Below are positions 1-10,244 of a stretch of 64,000 nucleotides of DNA, piece by piece (within the stretch, counting starts at the first letter, position 1; each line of letters opens with the position of its first letter). The notes beneath the pieces are model-generated. The model searched no databases and was not told the DNA's origin. It worked only from the letters and a program-made list of their open reading frames with translations. The position numbers and the translations under genes are program-made. Origin of the DNA: Candidatus Poribacteria bacterium (lineage in GTDB: Bacteria; Poribacteria; WGA-4E; WGA-3G); NCBI GenBank assembly GCA_965205025.1, contig CBDBFU010000015.1:1-64000 (forward strand). Reading direction: 5' to 3'.

Positions 1-794
1 TATTGCAACATTAGAGATTCATCTGATGCAATGTGGAAAGGCTCGTAATAAACAGGTGAAGGATGAATTAGGCAGTAGTTCTGTCGGTTGCGTACCCACC
101 AAGTTGCGGGGTATCGAGGATTGTTAGGATGGTCAACAATAGCAACTCCGTAGGTTTCATTGTCATCAGGATGCTGTGTAGTAAAACTGCACCACTTACT
201 TTGTTTGCCAAAAATATCCATCGGTTCAGTGCGTCCGTCAGCATCTAATAGATGACCGGGAGTAATCACATTGTCAAATCGGACTGCCATTCCACTATAA
301 AATCTGCCATCTGCCCCCGGGTTCACCACGACGTAAATCAAGAATAACTTCACGATCGTTAGGATGAAGTGTCAGTGACACAGAAATCTGCATAGTATTA
401 TCAGACGGAGCATGAACGATAATTTGTCTCTGTTCGGTTAGATGTGTTTCACCTTGCCAATCAATCCAAGCATTTTCTGATGTTATACTTGCAGTTGTTT
501 GGTCGGTTTTTAATGATGATATCCGTTGGTGAACGATCTTACCAAAACCTGTTGGATCGCTACCAGGAGCTGGTTGTTCCCAAAAGTTCACATCATTGAC
601 CTTTTTCCAAGCAACCCATAAACCTTGATGATGGACGTGATCCCCAGGTTCGTTCATAGTGAGTGCCGGTGCCCCAGGAAGGTTCAGCGGATGACAAAAT
701 GGACGATTACCGTCTTCTGGAAAATTGTATCCAAGACCTGTTGGTCATTCCAAGCAATTGATAAACTGTGTTGTGTTTGAATTAGTGAAAACAT
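1..794 (-). CDS. DUF6807/PmoA-like family protein, frameshifted (~730 and ~300), runs off the window start
   Basis: Joined frames read RPFCHPL..PGDHVHHQGLWVAW..YSGMAVRF..GVAIVDHPNNPRYPATWWVR, typical of this family; ATG at 794. Confidence 0.7.
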
Positions 795-830
795 AATAAT
801 CTATAGAAAATGAGGTTAATGTTGCAGATT

Positions 831-1062
831 TCAAAATTGATTCAGATCCAATGGTTCTGCTTTTCCTTCTTCAATTTCTTTTTTCGCAATTTGGGAGGCT
901 TTAATGAGTTGTTCTTGTGTAGTTGGTAAAGGCAACATCCCAATGAAGTTCGTCCTGCAGTTCAGCAATATACTCACGAAGGTGTTCTACAATCTGATTC
1001 TGTACTGTTTCTGGTAAGGTCTCCATCATGCGTGTAATTGTTGTAATTGCATTTGAATCCAT
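831..1062 (-). CDS. small hypothetical, probable antitoxin-like protein (one frameshift)
   Basis: MDSNAITTITRMMETLPETVQNQIVEHLREYIAELQDELHWD.. then, in a shifted frame, TQEQLIKASQIAKKEIEEGKAEPLDLNQF*; RBS GGAGA upstream. Confidence 0.55.
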
Positions 1063-1077
1063 AGTAAGTTCTCCAAT

Positions 1078-1900
1078 TTAGTTTAAGAATGGATTTACCA
1101 CTTCACGTTCAATGGCTAAGCCTTCCCATTCATCATCCCCCGGACCGTCGTAGATGAGGGTATGGGGTCCAGCAAAACCTGCTTCTTGGGTAAGTTCAAG
1201 GCATTTGATGTAATCTTCTGTGTCAATTTCACGAGGTGCTTCAAAATGTGCTTTCGTGTGACACGATTCGGCAATAGGAGCAATTTTGGCGAGATCTTCA
1301 TATTTTGATTCACCACGCCAGTTCCCAAAATCTAAACAGAGACCTACTTTACCATCTAAACTACTTAGAATGTCATGAACAATCTCAGGAGTAGAAAAGA
1401 TAGAGAACCAGTTTTCGGTCATCAAACGGATTCCGGCAGTTTCTGACCGATTGTTAGGCGTGAGAGTGCTTGTTCGCTCTGTATCAATGTTCATCAGACG
1501 GATCGGCTTTTCCTCCAATGACACGCGCACAAGTCGCACCCAGTTCACCAGCAATATCAATCCACTTTTCGATCCACTCAATATCGCGTTCTGCATCAGT
1601 AGGGTGTGTAATGTCTCCTTCATCTATTAACAAAGAGAATAGTTCAACATCAGCAGCTTGAATAGCAGCACGTAACTCCTTAAGGTAAGTTCTCTCAATT
1701 GATGGTAGATGGAAGTGACATATTTCAACTGTATTAATACCAAATTCAGCAATACTACTCGGTAATTCAAGCAGCGATATAGGACCATTGTCATGTGTTT
1801 CTGCTGGAATATGCATGTCGTGTTTTGGACCAGTAAATCCCGGCTTTCCAAGTTGCCGGTGCAAACTCCAAGAAGATACTGAGATACGGGGAACTGACAT
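1078..1900 (-). CDS. sugar phosphate isomerase/epimerase (xylose isomerase-like TIM barrel), frameshifted near 1490
   Basis: ORFs 1484-1942 and 1078-1623 join; motifs VEICHFH, TENWF, LDFGNW, CHTKAHF. Confidence 0.75.
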
Positions 1901-2025
1901 AGTTTTCTCCAGTTTTCTATTTTGATTAACTTTTATTGGCATGTCGTATAGCTGTAGTTACGACTATTCCAAGACAACAAAAAAAGACACAATTATACCA
2001 ATAATGACCCACTCCATCCAATCCA

Positions 2026-2253
2026 TTATAATTCCTCCAATTCGTCTATCTTTTTATAAGCAATTCTATTAATCAAAACAATAGCAATTACAATAAGAAA
2101 CGCCCCAACCGCTCCAAGTAAAGAAATTAATCTGCCAACCTTACTATGATTCTGAATTAACCAAGCAATTAGCGAGATATCCGTGGCAATTGATATTGCG
2201 AAGATAACTTTTAGCCAGCCGATTTCTTCCTTAAGTTTGTCAATTCGCGCCAT
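2026..2253 (-). CDS. small two-TM hypothetical membrane protein
   Basis: 75-aa ORF with two hydrophobic segments. Confidence 0.65.
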   Translation of the reverse strand: MARIDKLKEEIGWLKVIFAISIATDISLIAWLIQNHSKVGRLISLLGAVGAFLIVIAIVLINRIAYKKIDELEEL

Positions 2254-2264
2254 AAATTCTTTAC

Positions 2265-2978
2265 TTATAGTTTCTGATCAATCCACGCAACAACTTTTTC
2301 AACCATGAGGGAGAACCGTCGCCAGAGAAGACATGGTCTACACCCGGAAGTTCAAGGAGTCAGTCGGTTCGTTCGCATACTGAAGAATATCAATGCTATC
2401 TTGAAGTGGAACTATATCGTCTTCTGTACCGTGGACTAACAGCCATGGACCACCAAATTTACTTGCCTGTTTTGCTACACTATCAATTGAAGTCATATCA
2501 TCTACATAGGTCTGAGAAAGTGGACAATCTGGTTCATCCCACATAAACCCTTTGTCAGGGGGGACATCACCAAATTCCCGTTGTGCAAATTCGTTTGTAT
2601 GTACCATCCCAGCAAGCGAGACAAGTACTTCAATACGTTCATCACAGCAGCGCGAAGCACACCGACTGCCCCACCCATACTATGACCAACATAACATATT
2701 TTGTAATTTCCAAGTGCATCAAAAACAGAGCCGAGGTCTGACACCTCTTTTGTAATAGTAGAGTCTATGAATTCACCTTCAGATTCGCCATTACCAGAGA
2801 ATGAAAACCGTAGTGTGGATATACCTGCTTCCGCGAGTCCTTCAGCTAAAGCTATGAGAGCGGGTCTGTCTTTATTTCCTGTGACACCGTGACCAATCAC
2901 TACGATTCTGTTGCCACTACCTTTGTGATAAGTATAGTCAAGACGTTCACCGTGTTCGTTTCTAATTTCACCAAGCAT
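2265..2978 (-). CDS. alpha/beta hydrolase (serine), frameshifted
   Basis: GHSMGG nucleophile elbow, HGTEDDIV acid motif and DHVF His, spread across frames. Confidence 0.8.
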
Positions 2979-3057
2979 ATATTTCTCTTTTATTCCTGTT
3001 CTAATATAAAATAATAGGATTTCTATTTATCGGTACTATGTGGCAAACGAAAATCAG

Positions 3058-3288
3058 TTATTCTGAATCCTTCTTTAATTCTTTCAGCATTTTCTCCATC
3101 TTTTCAATAGCACCGGGTGGTGGTGGTGCAGGTATATACTTCCTACCACGCGCCTTCTCCCTTTCTTGTATTGCCATCAGATAAGCATTGAGTTCTTCGA
3201 TTGAATTGAATTGGGCATTGAATTCTGCTTTCATTCGATAGATTTCTTCAAGAATAGGATCGGTTGGTGGAGTAGGTTCCTCTTTCAT
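3058..3288 (-). CDS. hypothetical protein, probable partner of a PIN-domain toxin
   Basis: MKEEPTPPTDPILEEIYRMKAEFNAQF..; follows the PIN remnant directly. Confidence 0.6.
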   Translation of the reverse strand: MKEEPTPPTDPILEEIYRMKAEFNAQFNSIEELNAYLMAIQEREKARGRKYIPAPPPPGAIEKMEKMLKELKKDSE

Positions 3289-3418
3289 TTTTATACCCTC
3301 AATAAGTTCTGTAGGTGTTGAAATGGTTGCCGAGAAGATATATAACTGCATTATTACTTGGTCGTGAAGTAAGATAACTGACTACAGTTGATTCAAGGTA
3401 GACAGTCGGTCTAATTTC
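3289..3418 (-). pseudogene. internally deleted PIN-domain (VapC-like) toxin remnant
   Basis: N-terminal RPTVYLESTVVSYLTSRPS joined almost directly to C-terminal ISTPTELIEG; the central part of the domain is missing. Confidence 0.6.
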
Positions 3419-3457
3419 CCCGTATTGTATCTTCAACTCATGCAGTTAATTGACAAT

Positions 3458-3490
3458 AGTATCTACGAGAACTTATACTTCGTAGATACT
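3458..3490 (-). terminator. inverted repeat downstream of the molybdoenzyme large subunit
   Basis: AGTATCTACGA-n11-TCGTAGATACT hairpin just after the stop at 3504. Confidence 0.45.
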
Positions 3491-3503
3491 ATTGGATGAT
3501 AAA

Positions 3504-5807
3504 TTACGCGCCATGACCGTTGTTCTTGAGTGCGTCAACGACCTTTTCAGGTTTGATGGGTAATTCAGAGATTCGCACACCGATAGCATCTTTGACAGCA
3601 TTCGACATGGTTGCCAATGTTGGTGTAATCGGGGGTTCCCCTACACCTTTCGCACCATACGGACCGTTTGGAGCAGGCACTTCAACGATAACAGATTCAA
3701 CTGTTGGTAGGTCAGCGGAGGTTGGCACACGGTAATCAACGAATCCTGGATTAACATTACCGTTATCATCGTATTGCATCTCCTCCATCATTGCCCACGC
3801 ATACCCTTGAACAGTGCCACCTTCAATTTGTCCTTCTACAGCCATCGGATTAATAGCGAAACCTACATCCTGAGAAGCAACGAGTTTTAGAATTCTGGTT
3901 CTCCCTGTCTCAGGATCAACTTCAACCTTAGCAATTTGTGCTGCGAGAGCAGGTGTACTGGACTGGCGTGCAAATGAGCCTTTACCAACAATGGGACCAC
4001 CTGTGGTTGAAAGACTATATGCTGCAAGTTCACCTAATGAAATGGATTTAGGTGGATCAGCAGTAATAACATGGACTGCACCATCTTTCAACTCAAGGTT
4101 ATCTTCGTTTGTATTTAGTCTTTCGGCAGCGAGTTCAAGAATCCGTTTATGGGCATCTTCAGCAGCGAGTTTAGCAGTATTTCCCATTGTGAAGGTAACA
4201 ACACTACCACCTGAACCTGTGGAGTATGGTGCTGAATCAGTGTCTCCACGACGGATAGTTACACTATCATAAGGAACAGTTAATATCTCTGCAATAATTT
4301 GTGTGATGGCAGTATCTGTTCCAGTAATATCCATAGAACCGTGGAATATTCTAACACTCCCATCTTCGTGCACAGAAACATACACACCACCGGGACCACA
4401 ACCATTGGTCCAATCACCAACAGCGACACCCCAACCTTGGTTATCGTCTGTCTCACGATCCCACCATCCAGCAGCATCTGCAACTGCTTCCAATGTTTCC
4501 TTGTAACCTACCTTTGGTTCACTGCCACCAGCGGGAACTTCATCCCCCTCTTCACGCATATTCATTAGACGGAATTCGACTGGATCCATACCTATCTGCT
4601 CAGCAATATCGTCCAGTTGTGCTTCCCCAGCGAAAATGGCTTGGGGTGCACCTGGTGCCCTGTATGCTGCAGTACCAGATTTGTTGGTGTGAACACCGTA
4701 TGCATCGATCTTAATATTTGGTATCTTGTAGACTCCGCGAACTCTTATGGTACTACCGATAGATGCCCCCGATACTGAACCCGAATCCCAAAATGCAAGT
4801 GCTTGCCTTGCCAAAATATGACCATCTTTTGTAGCACCAGTCTTAAGTTTAATAACACACCCAGGTGCAGGTCTACCATCAAGAAATTCCTCTTCACGTG
4901 TCATTTGAACGCGTACAGGTCGTCCTGCTTTTTGTGATAGTAAAACTGCAGGCACGTGGGTAATAATAACTCCGAAGCGACCTCCAAAACCACCACCCAT
5001 AGTTGTACCTATGACGTTAATTTGTGTCAGTGGAATACCGAGTGTACCAGCAATACCTGAACGAATTGCGAACGGACCTTGTGTCGATGCCCATACAGTT
5101 ATCTTTCCTGATGAGTCTGCACTTGCAACGGAAACATGAGGCTCCATATAGGTCTGATGGACACGTGGAATGACATAGGTATCCTCAACTACTATATCAG
5201 ATTCTGCAAATCCTTTTTCAACATCTCCAGCTTCAGTATGACTTTCCGCTGAGATATTATGATAGATTTCTTCATCATAATTCCTTAATTCTGCTTCAAG
5301 TTTCTGAATCTCAACTGAGTTATCATTCTCTTGATCCGCAGCTAATTCCTTAATTCTCGCACTTATATCTCGTCGTTTTGGACCGTCTTTTGTTTCATCA
5401 CTTTGTATGTGTGGTGCGGATGGCTTTATCGCTTCCATAACATCCTGAACAACAGGTAAAACTTCATAATCAATATTAATGAGTTCTGCGGCTTCTTCAG
5501 CAATATCAGGATCTGTAGCAGCGATAGCTGCAAGGGGTTCACCGAGATAAAGCACCTTATCCGTAGCAAAAACACGACGTCCACTTGGCACATCATCCTG
5601 TGTGATTATTGCTCTCACCCCAGGAAGTTTTTCAGCCTCACTGGTGTCAATACTAAGGATATTCGCGTGGGCATGCTTGCTACGGACGATTTTACCATAT
5701 AACATTCCTGCAGGATGGACATCCGCACCGTATTGCGCTGCACCCGTAACTTTTTCAACTGCATCAACACGAGGTAGTTTTTGACCTACGACAGTATATT
5801 CTGACAT
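3504..5807 (-). CDS. xanthine dehydrogenase/CoxL family molybdopterin-binding large subunit
   Basis: RVDAVEKVTG, MEPH, GGGFGG, AYRAPG, NPMAVEGQIEGG, GAKGVGE motifs. Confidence 0.95.
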   Translation of the reverse strand: MSEYTVVGQKLPRVDAVEKVTGAAQYGADVHPAGMLYGKIVRSKHAHANILSIDTSEAEKLPGVRAIITQDDVPSGRRVFATDKVLYLGEPLAAIAATDPDIAEEAAELINIDYEVLPVVQDVMEAIKPSAPHIQSDETKDGPKRRDISARIKELAADQENDNSVEIQKLEAELRNYDEEIYHNISAESHTEAGDVEKGFAESDIVVEDTYVIPRVHQTYMEPHVSVASADSSGKITVWASTQGPFAIRSGIAGTLGIPLTQINVIGTTMGGGFGGRFGVIITHVPAVLLSQKAGRPVRVQMTREEEFLDGRPAPGCVIKLKTGATKDGHILARQALAFWDSGSVSGASIGSTIRVRGVYKIPNIKIDAYGVHTNKSGTAAYRAPGAPQAIFAGEAQLDDIAEQIGMDPVEFRLMNMREEGDEVPAGGSEPKVGYKETLEAVADAAGWWDRETDDNQGWGVAVGDWTNGCGPGGVYVSVHEDGSVRIFHGSMDITGTDTAITQIIAEILTVPYDSVTIRRGDTDSAPYSTGSGGSVVTFTMGNTAKLAAEDAHKRILELAAERLNTNEDNLELKDGAVHVITADPPKSISLGELAAYSLSTTGGPIVGKGSFARQSSTPALAAQIAKVEVDPETGRTRILKLVASQDVGFAINPMAVEGQIEGGTVQGYAWAMMEEMQYDDNGNVNPGFVDYRVPTSADLPTVESVIVEVPAPNGPYGAKGVGEPPITPTLATMSNAVKDAIGVRISELPIKPEKVVDALKNNGHGA

Positions 5808-5876
5808 TTAATTCTCCTTTCAAATCTATTATTCAAACACTAACACTATAGATGGTGTTTTACTATTTGAGAATTA

Positions 5877-6155
5877 TTACTCTTCTGCAGCACTATCATT
5901 CTCAGGTTCGGATACATCAGCACTGCCACTCACAGGTGCAGTAAACCCAAGTTTACCACGTCCGATCGCCGTATTACATCTCTTACAAACTTTAGTCTCA
6001 TTTCCATCAATTTCACGGGTATAAAGTATTTTTACACCTGTACGTGCACAAACGGGACACGTCCCGCGCCCATTATTATATTCTCCATCATGAACCGTTC
6101 CATTTGGATCAATGTAGAAATTTCTTATACCCTTTCCGCGATGTGTTTTCGCCAT
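5877..6155 (-). CDS. small CxxC..CxxC zinc-ribbon-like hypothetical protein
   Basis: GRGTCPVC..VCKRC; strong RBS AGGAG. Confidence 0.8.
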   Translation of the reverse strand: MAKTHRGKGIRNFYIDPNGTVHDGEYNNGRGTCPVCARTGVKILYTREIDGNETKVCKRCNTAIGRGKLGFTAPVSGSADVSEPENDSAAEE

Positions 6156-6195
6156 ATTATTCTCCTAATAAACCAATGTTTTGAATCTACAATTC

Positions 6196-6678
6196 CTATG
6201 AATTTGTACGAATTTCTTCAGCTGCATTTATGACTGCTTCGAGTATTTTTGTATATCCAGTACAACGACAGATATTTCCACCGAGAGCATGCCTAAATTC
6301 CTCTTCTGTCCGATCTGGATTCTCATCAATTAATGCCTTTGAGGACATAATAAATCCAGGTGTACAAAAACCACACTGGTAACCACCAGTATCAATAAAT
6401 GCTTGCTGAACAGGGTGAAGTTCACCGTCTGCGGCTAATCCTTCAAGTAGTTGTAATTTCTTTTCCTGCAACGGTCACACCGAGTACCATACACGACGTC
6501 ACAGCTTTACCGTCAACAATAACTGTACACGCGCCACAGTCTCCAGTGCTACATCCTTTCTTTCGTACCTGTCAAACCAATTACATCCCGTAAGGACAGC
6601 CAATAAAGTCTTCCTTGGCTCAATGAGTAGATCTTGTTCATCACCGTTAACTGTAAAACTGACAGGATATTTCGCCAT
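6196..6678 (-). CDS. (2Fe-2S)-binding small subunit (CoxS/XdhC type), frameshifted
   Basis: [13 protein letters not shown] and [17 protein letters not shown] across shifted frames; ATG at 6678. Confidence 0.9.
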
Positions 6679-6743
6679 ATTATCTCCTTAACTTACTTTA
6701 TACAATGCGATGTGGGTATTTCCCTCGCGAATCTATAAATTTA

Positions 6744-7598
6744 TTAACTTCTTGCTCTATCTAAGGCATTTTGTAATGTTCTCTTTGTTAGGACATCCAC
6801 CATCTCTTTCCGATGTTCTGCTGAACAACGTAGATCGGATATCGGACTGGTAGCGGCAGCAGCTGCTTCTCCGGCTTGTTCGATAATTTCAGGTGTGATT
6901 GATTTACCTTTTAACAAGTCCTCTGCTTCAGTTGCTCGGATGGGTGTAGGTGCTACAGGCGCAAGTCCTATTTTAGCATCGGTTATTGTTCCACCATCCA
7001 AATTGACAGCGGTAGCCACACCAATAAATGCAAGATCCATTACTTCACGTATTTTATGCTTGATATAGTGTGAACCGGATGCAGGTGATGGGAGTGTAAA
7101 TTGTGTTATTATTTCACCAGGTTTTAAAACTGTCTGTCCCGGTCCAGTAAATAGTTCATTAATTGGTACGGATCTTTCACCATCGGAACCGACAATTTGC
7201 ACCTGAGCATCGGCGACTAATAAACCTGCTACTGTATCTGCTGCAGGTGAAGCGTGTGCGATATTCCCACCAACCGTCGCAAGGTTCCGAATTTGAATAG
7301 AACCAATCTCTGAAGCTCCTTCGGCTAAAGCTGTATGGTGTTGTTGTATATCTTCAGATAACTCTACATCTCTCACCTTTGTCATCGCACCGATCATAAT
7401 GCTATTATCTGCGTTGCGTGTTATTCCAGATAATCCGGGTATTTTCTGCAAACTAACTACGGACTGCGGTGTTTCTGTGTACGCCTTCATTTCGATAACA
7501 ATGTCTGTCCCACCTGCGAGGAGCTGCGTGTGTTCTTGGGCAAACAATTGGGAGGCTTCCGCAAGAGTTGTAGGTTCATAAAACTCAAAATTCTTCAC
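6744..7598 (-). CDS. FAD-binding medium subunit (CoxM/XdhB type)
   Basis: LLAGGTD, QIRNLATVGGN, ASPAAD motifs. Confidence 0.93.
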   Translation of the reverse strand: MKNFEFYEPTTLAEASQLFAQEHTQLLAGGTDIVIEMKAYTETPQSVVSLQKIPGLSGITRNADNSIMIGAMTKVRDVELSEDIQQHHTALAEGASEIGSIQIRNLATVGGNIAHASPAADTVAGLLVADAQVQIVGSDGERSVPINELFTGPGQTVLKPGEIITQFTLPSPASGSHYIKHKIREVMDLAFIGVATAVNLDGGTITDAKIGLAPVAPTPIRATEAEDLLKGKSITPEIIEQAGEAAAAATSPISDLRCSAEHRKEMVDVLTKRTLQNALDRARS

Positions 7599-7794
7599 AT
7601 TTACTCCTTCGTTCTCTATACTCTAAAAGGGATTGAATTATTATTGAAATTTTATACATAAATATTGTAAAAACGCACTTATAAGGATACTTGAATTACG
7701 GGAATTTGTCAATCTTAAATGCTTTGAGGAGTTCAGAGAATTTGTTTTTTGGGATGAAAATTTAGAATGTAAGGGTTGGGGTTGATGGGCAGGA

Positions 7795-7917
7795 TCAAAA
7801 CGCGTTCACTGGCATTAGTGTATAGAAAGCATAGGAGTAAACCCGTCCATGGTCAACCATGAGTATTGCGAGTCCTATAAACATCGTGATTGTTGTCGTT
7901 TTCAAAAGCGTTTTCAT
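7795..7917 (-). pseudogene. truncated secreted-protein start (signal-peptide-like 40-aa ORF)
   Basis: RBS GGAGA then MKTLLKTTTITMFIGLAILMV..; ends early. Confidence 0.35.
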
Positions 7918-7932
7918 GAGATTTCTCCTTTT

Positions 7933-8659
7933 TTATTTTGTTAGCCCTAAAAAACTATAAGGTTCTATGCCATCGGACATCTTTAAAACAGTCAGACCCG
8001 GAATTGTACCGCCTCCCCGCAATATTTCTACATCTTCCTCAGATATAGGATTTCCACATACGCGGAGAGATCGGTTTATTTCATCTTCAGTTTCAGTATA
8101 CTCGTATTCAACGTAAACAACATTGGGACGATTAAGGTATATTAATCCGTTTAGGTTGTCGTATCCCATACCGCGTATATCCCTAATACCTTGCTCCCAA
8201 AGTTTTAGTTGAACACGATCCATTAACTCAAACTTGACACTACTATAGTTTACCCATCGTTGACGCGGGTAATCTGGTGGTAGTGGTGGGAAGGGACCGA
8301 GTCCAAATTTAGAAACACGCTGCTGAGGCTTATCATTTTCCTCTGCTTTTAATGGTACATGTTTCGCATAATCTGTGTCCGTTTCGATATTCGTTTTTAC
8401 TTCGACTGTTTGCGTTATAAGTTTATCTGTTGTTGACACTCTGCTATCCGCAGGAACTTGAAGGGGACGCAGTTTCTACTGGGTTGTCTGTAACGACTTT
8501 CTCTGTTTTCCATTGCCGCGCAATTTCAGAAGTTTCGATCGACTCCTGTTTGTAAGGTGCCGTCTCATACTCATACCAGAGAAAACACGATAAACTAAAC
8601 AATACCAAAAAGCCAACACCACTCAGCACTCATTTGTTCATCAAAAATTCACGATACAT
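7933..8659 (-). pseudogene. membrane-anchored lineage-specific hypothetical protein, interrupted (TGA at codon 10 and a frameshift near 8445)
   Basis: MYREFLMNK*VLSGVGFLVLFSLSCFLWY.. then SKFGLGPFPPLPPDYP..ELMDRVQLKLWEQG. Confidence 0.6.
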
Positions 8660-8697
8660 CAGAATACTCCTTTGATTATGATAATAAACGCTACTAA

Positions 8698-9051
8698 TCA
8701 AACCCTACTGTTATATCTGAGAGAGCTGAGAGCTGCATCTTCCGTATTGAAATGTTCAAAGATATTGATAAGTCGACTACGAACAATCAAGTTTCTGATA
8801 TGTTTGTCAACATTGATAATACCGATCCGTCCACCTTTTGCACGTGCCATGTTATAGGCTGTAATAAACACACCCAACCCCGCACTATCCACTTTATGCA
8901 CACGCTCAAAGTTAATCAGAATAGAAGGTGTCTGAGTTGAATCTACATGTTTTACCAAAACTTCCCGTAATTCAGGTATAGCCTTACCGATGATTTTATC
9001 AGTCGGTTTTAATATCGACACCCCATCTTTTAAGTAAGTTACCGTTGCCAT
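8698..9051 (-). CDS. STAS domain anti-sigma factor antagonist
   Basis: VHKVDSAGLG phospho-Ser motif; 117 aa. Confidence 0.9.
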   Translation of the reverse strand: MATVTYLKDGVSILKPTDKIIGKAIPELREVLVKHVDSTQTPSILINFERVHKVDSAGLGVFITAYNMARAKGGRIGIINVDKHIRNLIVRSRLINIFEHFNTEDAALSSLRYNSRV

Positions 9052-9163
9052 AAGTCACCTCATCATATTTATATATGTGTCCTTATTAATTAATATAGAT
9101 CTTACGAGAAATTCTTTAGTCTTTTTTTACAAAAGTGATTAATTGCTTAATTAGAAAAAATAA

Positions 9164-9274
9164 CTACAGAATTTCTGGTGAATCATAATTTAGAAATGGT
9201 ATAGTCTCACCGATGATTTTGCCAGTCGGTTCTAATATCGACACGCTATCTTTCAAGTAAGTTACCGTTGCCAT
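9164..9274 (-). pseudogene. truncated paralog of the adjacent STAS gene
   Basis: MATVTYLKDSVSILEPTGKIIG vs MATVTYLKDGVSILKPTDKIIG; RBS region also duplicated. Confidence 0.85.
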
Positions 9275-9334
9275 AAGTCACCTCTTCATTTTATATATAT
9301 GTTCCCTTTTTAACTTATTCTGCCTTTAGAAAAT

Positions 9335-9510
9335 TTATACACTCAATATCTCTAACCCTTGTTTCCAGAGTTTTAGCCTGACCCGTACCATTAATTCACC
9401 TCTAATGCCTTGAAGTCGGACTGTGAATTCTAATGGATAATGATAATCTGCAGGGAATTCTGGAAAATGCCGAATCCAAATTCAGAGATAAACACTGCAG
9501 AGGAAACACC
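9335..9510 (-). pseudogene. fragment of a paralog of the 7933-8659 gene
   Basis: SEFGFG/FPEFPADY..ELMVRVRLKLWKQG matches SKFGLGPFPPLPPDY..ELMDRVQLKLWEQG. Confidence 0.7.
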
Positions 9511-9810
9511 TGATATTGATTTATGAATTACTCTTACTTATATATATATCAGTCGTAAATAGAAAAAGTTAATAGCAATTGCAGATTTTTCTTGCAAATT
9601 CTCTAAAAAACTTTGTGAGATGTGAGGAAAAAGTGGAAATCAATGAAGATTAAGAATCTTATCGGGTAATTTCAGTTTCTTGTAGAAACCGAACCTACCG
9701 GTACTGGAGTACCGCAAATTGACAGTGATGGGTTAATTGAGTATGAAACCCAGCAACAAATATTGGAATAGTTGCCAAGTATTAGTAGACGCGTGTTATG
9801 CGCCCAAACA

Positions 9811-9860
9811 AAAAAGGCGATTGCACACCAGCTTTACTGCTGCTATATGCAATCGCCTCT
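9811..9860 (-). terminator. Rho-independent terminator-like hairpin
   Basis: AGGCGATTGCA..TGCAATCGCCT stem followed by a T-run on the minus strand. Confidence 0.55.
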
Positions 9861-9941
9861 AAAGTTGAGGCATGAGTATTTTCAAAATAAAATGAATCTT
9901 CCACGCTTTGTTACAAACGGTAATGCTTACTGATCTAAACC

Positions 9942-10135
9942 TTATTCAATTAATCCGACCTTTTGGCATTCCTGACGCAACTTCTGTTCTACTTTTATTG
10001 CCAATTGACTGATTCGTGGTGGGCTAAGTTTTAACAACTTAGCAATATCACAATTTGACATATCATCACGAATACAGGCGAAAACCTGTTGCTCACGGTG
10101 AGTCAGTGCTTCATTGAAAGCATCAAAAATTGAAT
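9942..10135 (-). pseudogene. sigma-70 region 4/LuxR-type HTH remnant (5' part missing)
   Basis: ALTHREQQVFACIRDDMSNCDIAKLLKLSPPRISQL..*; no credible N-terminus. Confidence 0.6.
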
Positions 10136-10244
10136 TTTATTAAGAATACCTTATAAAATAGGTGTTTTTCAGCTTTAAATTAATGGACCATTTAGTGGTG
10201 TTAGGTTTTGCTGAAGAAACATAACTTTCGGATCCGAATGTTCT

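Noticed and set aside
1-794. Methane monooxygenase subunit, from the PmoA family label
   Set aside because: Soluble DUF6807-type sequence with no TM helices and no pmoB/pmoC neighbours
3504-7598. Aerobic CO dehydrogenase (coxMSL)
   Set aside because: The active-site loop is AYRAPG, not the form I AYxCSFR signature; substrate unknown
8630-8632. TGA in MNK*VLSG as selenocysteine
   Set aside because: It lies just before a TM anchor with no redox motif and the gene has a further frameshift; a nonsense change or error is more likely
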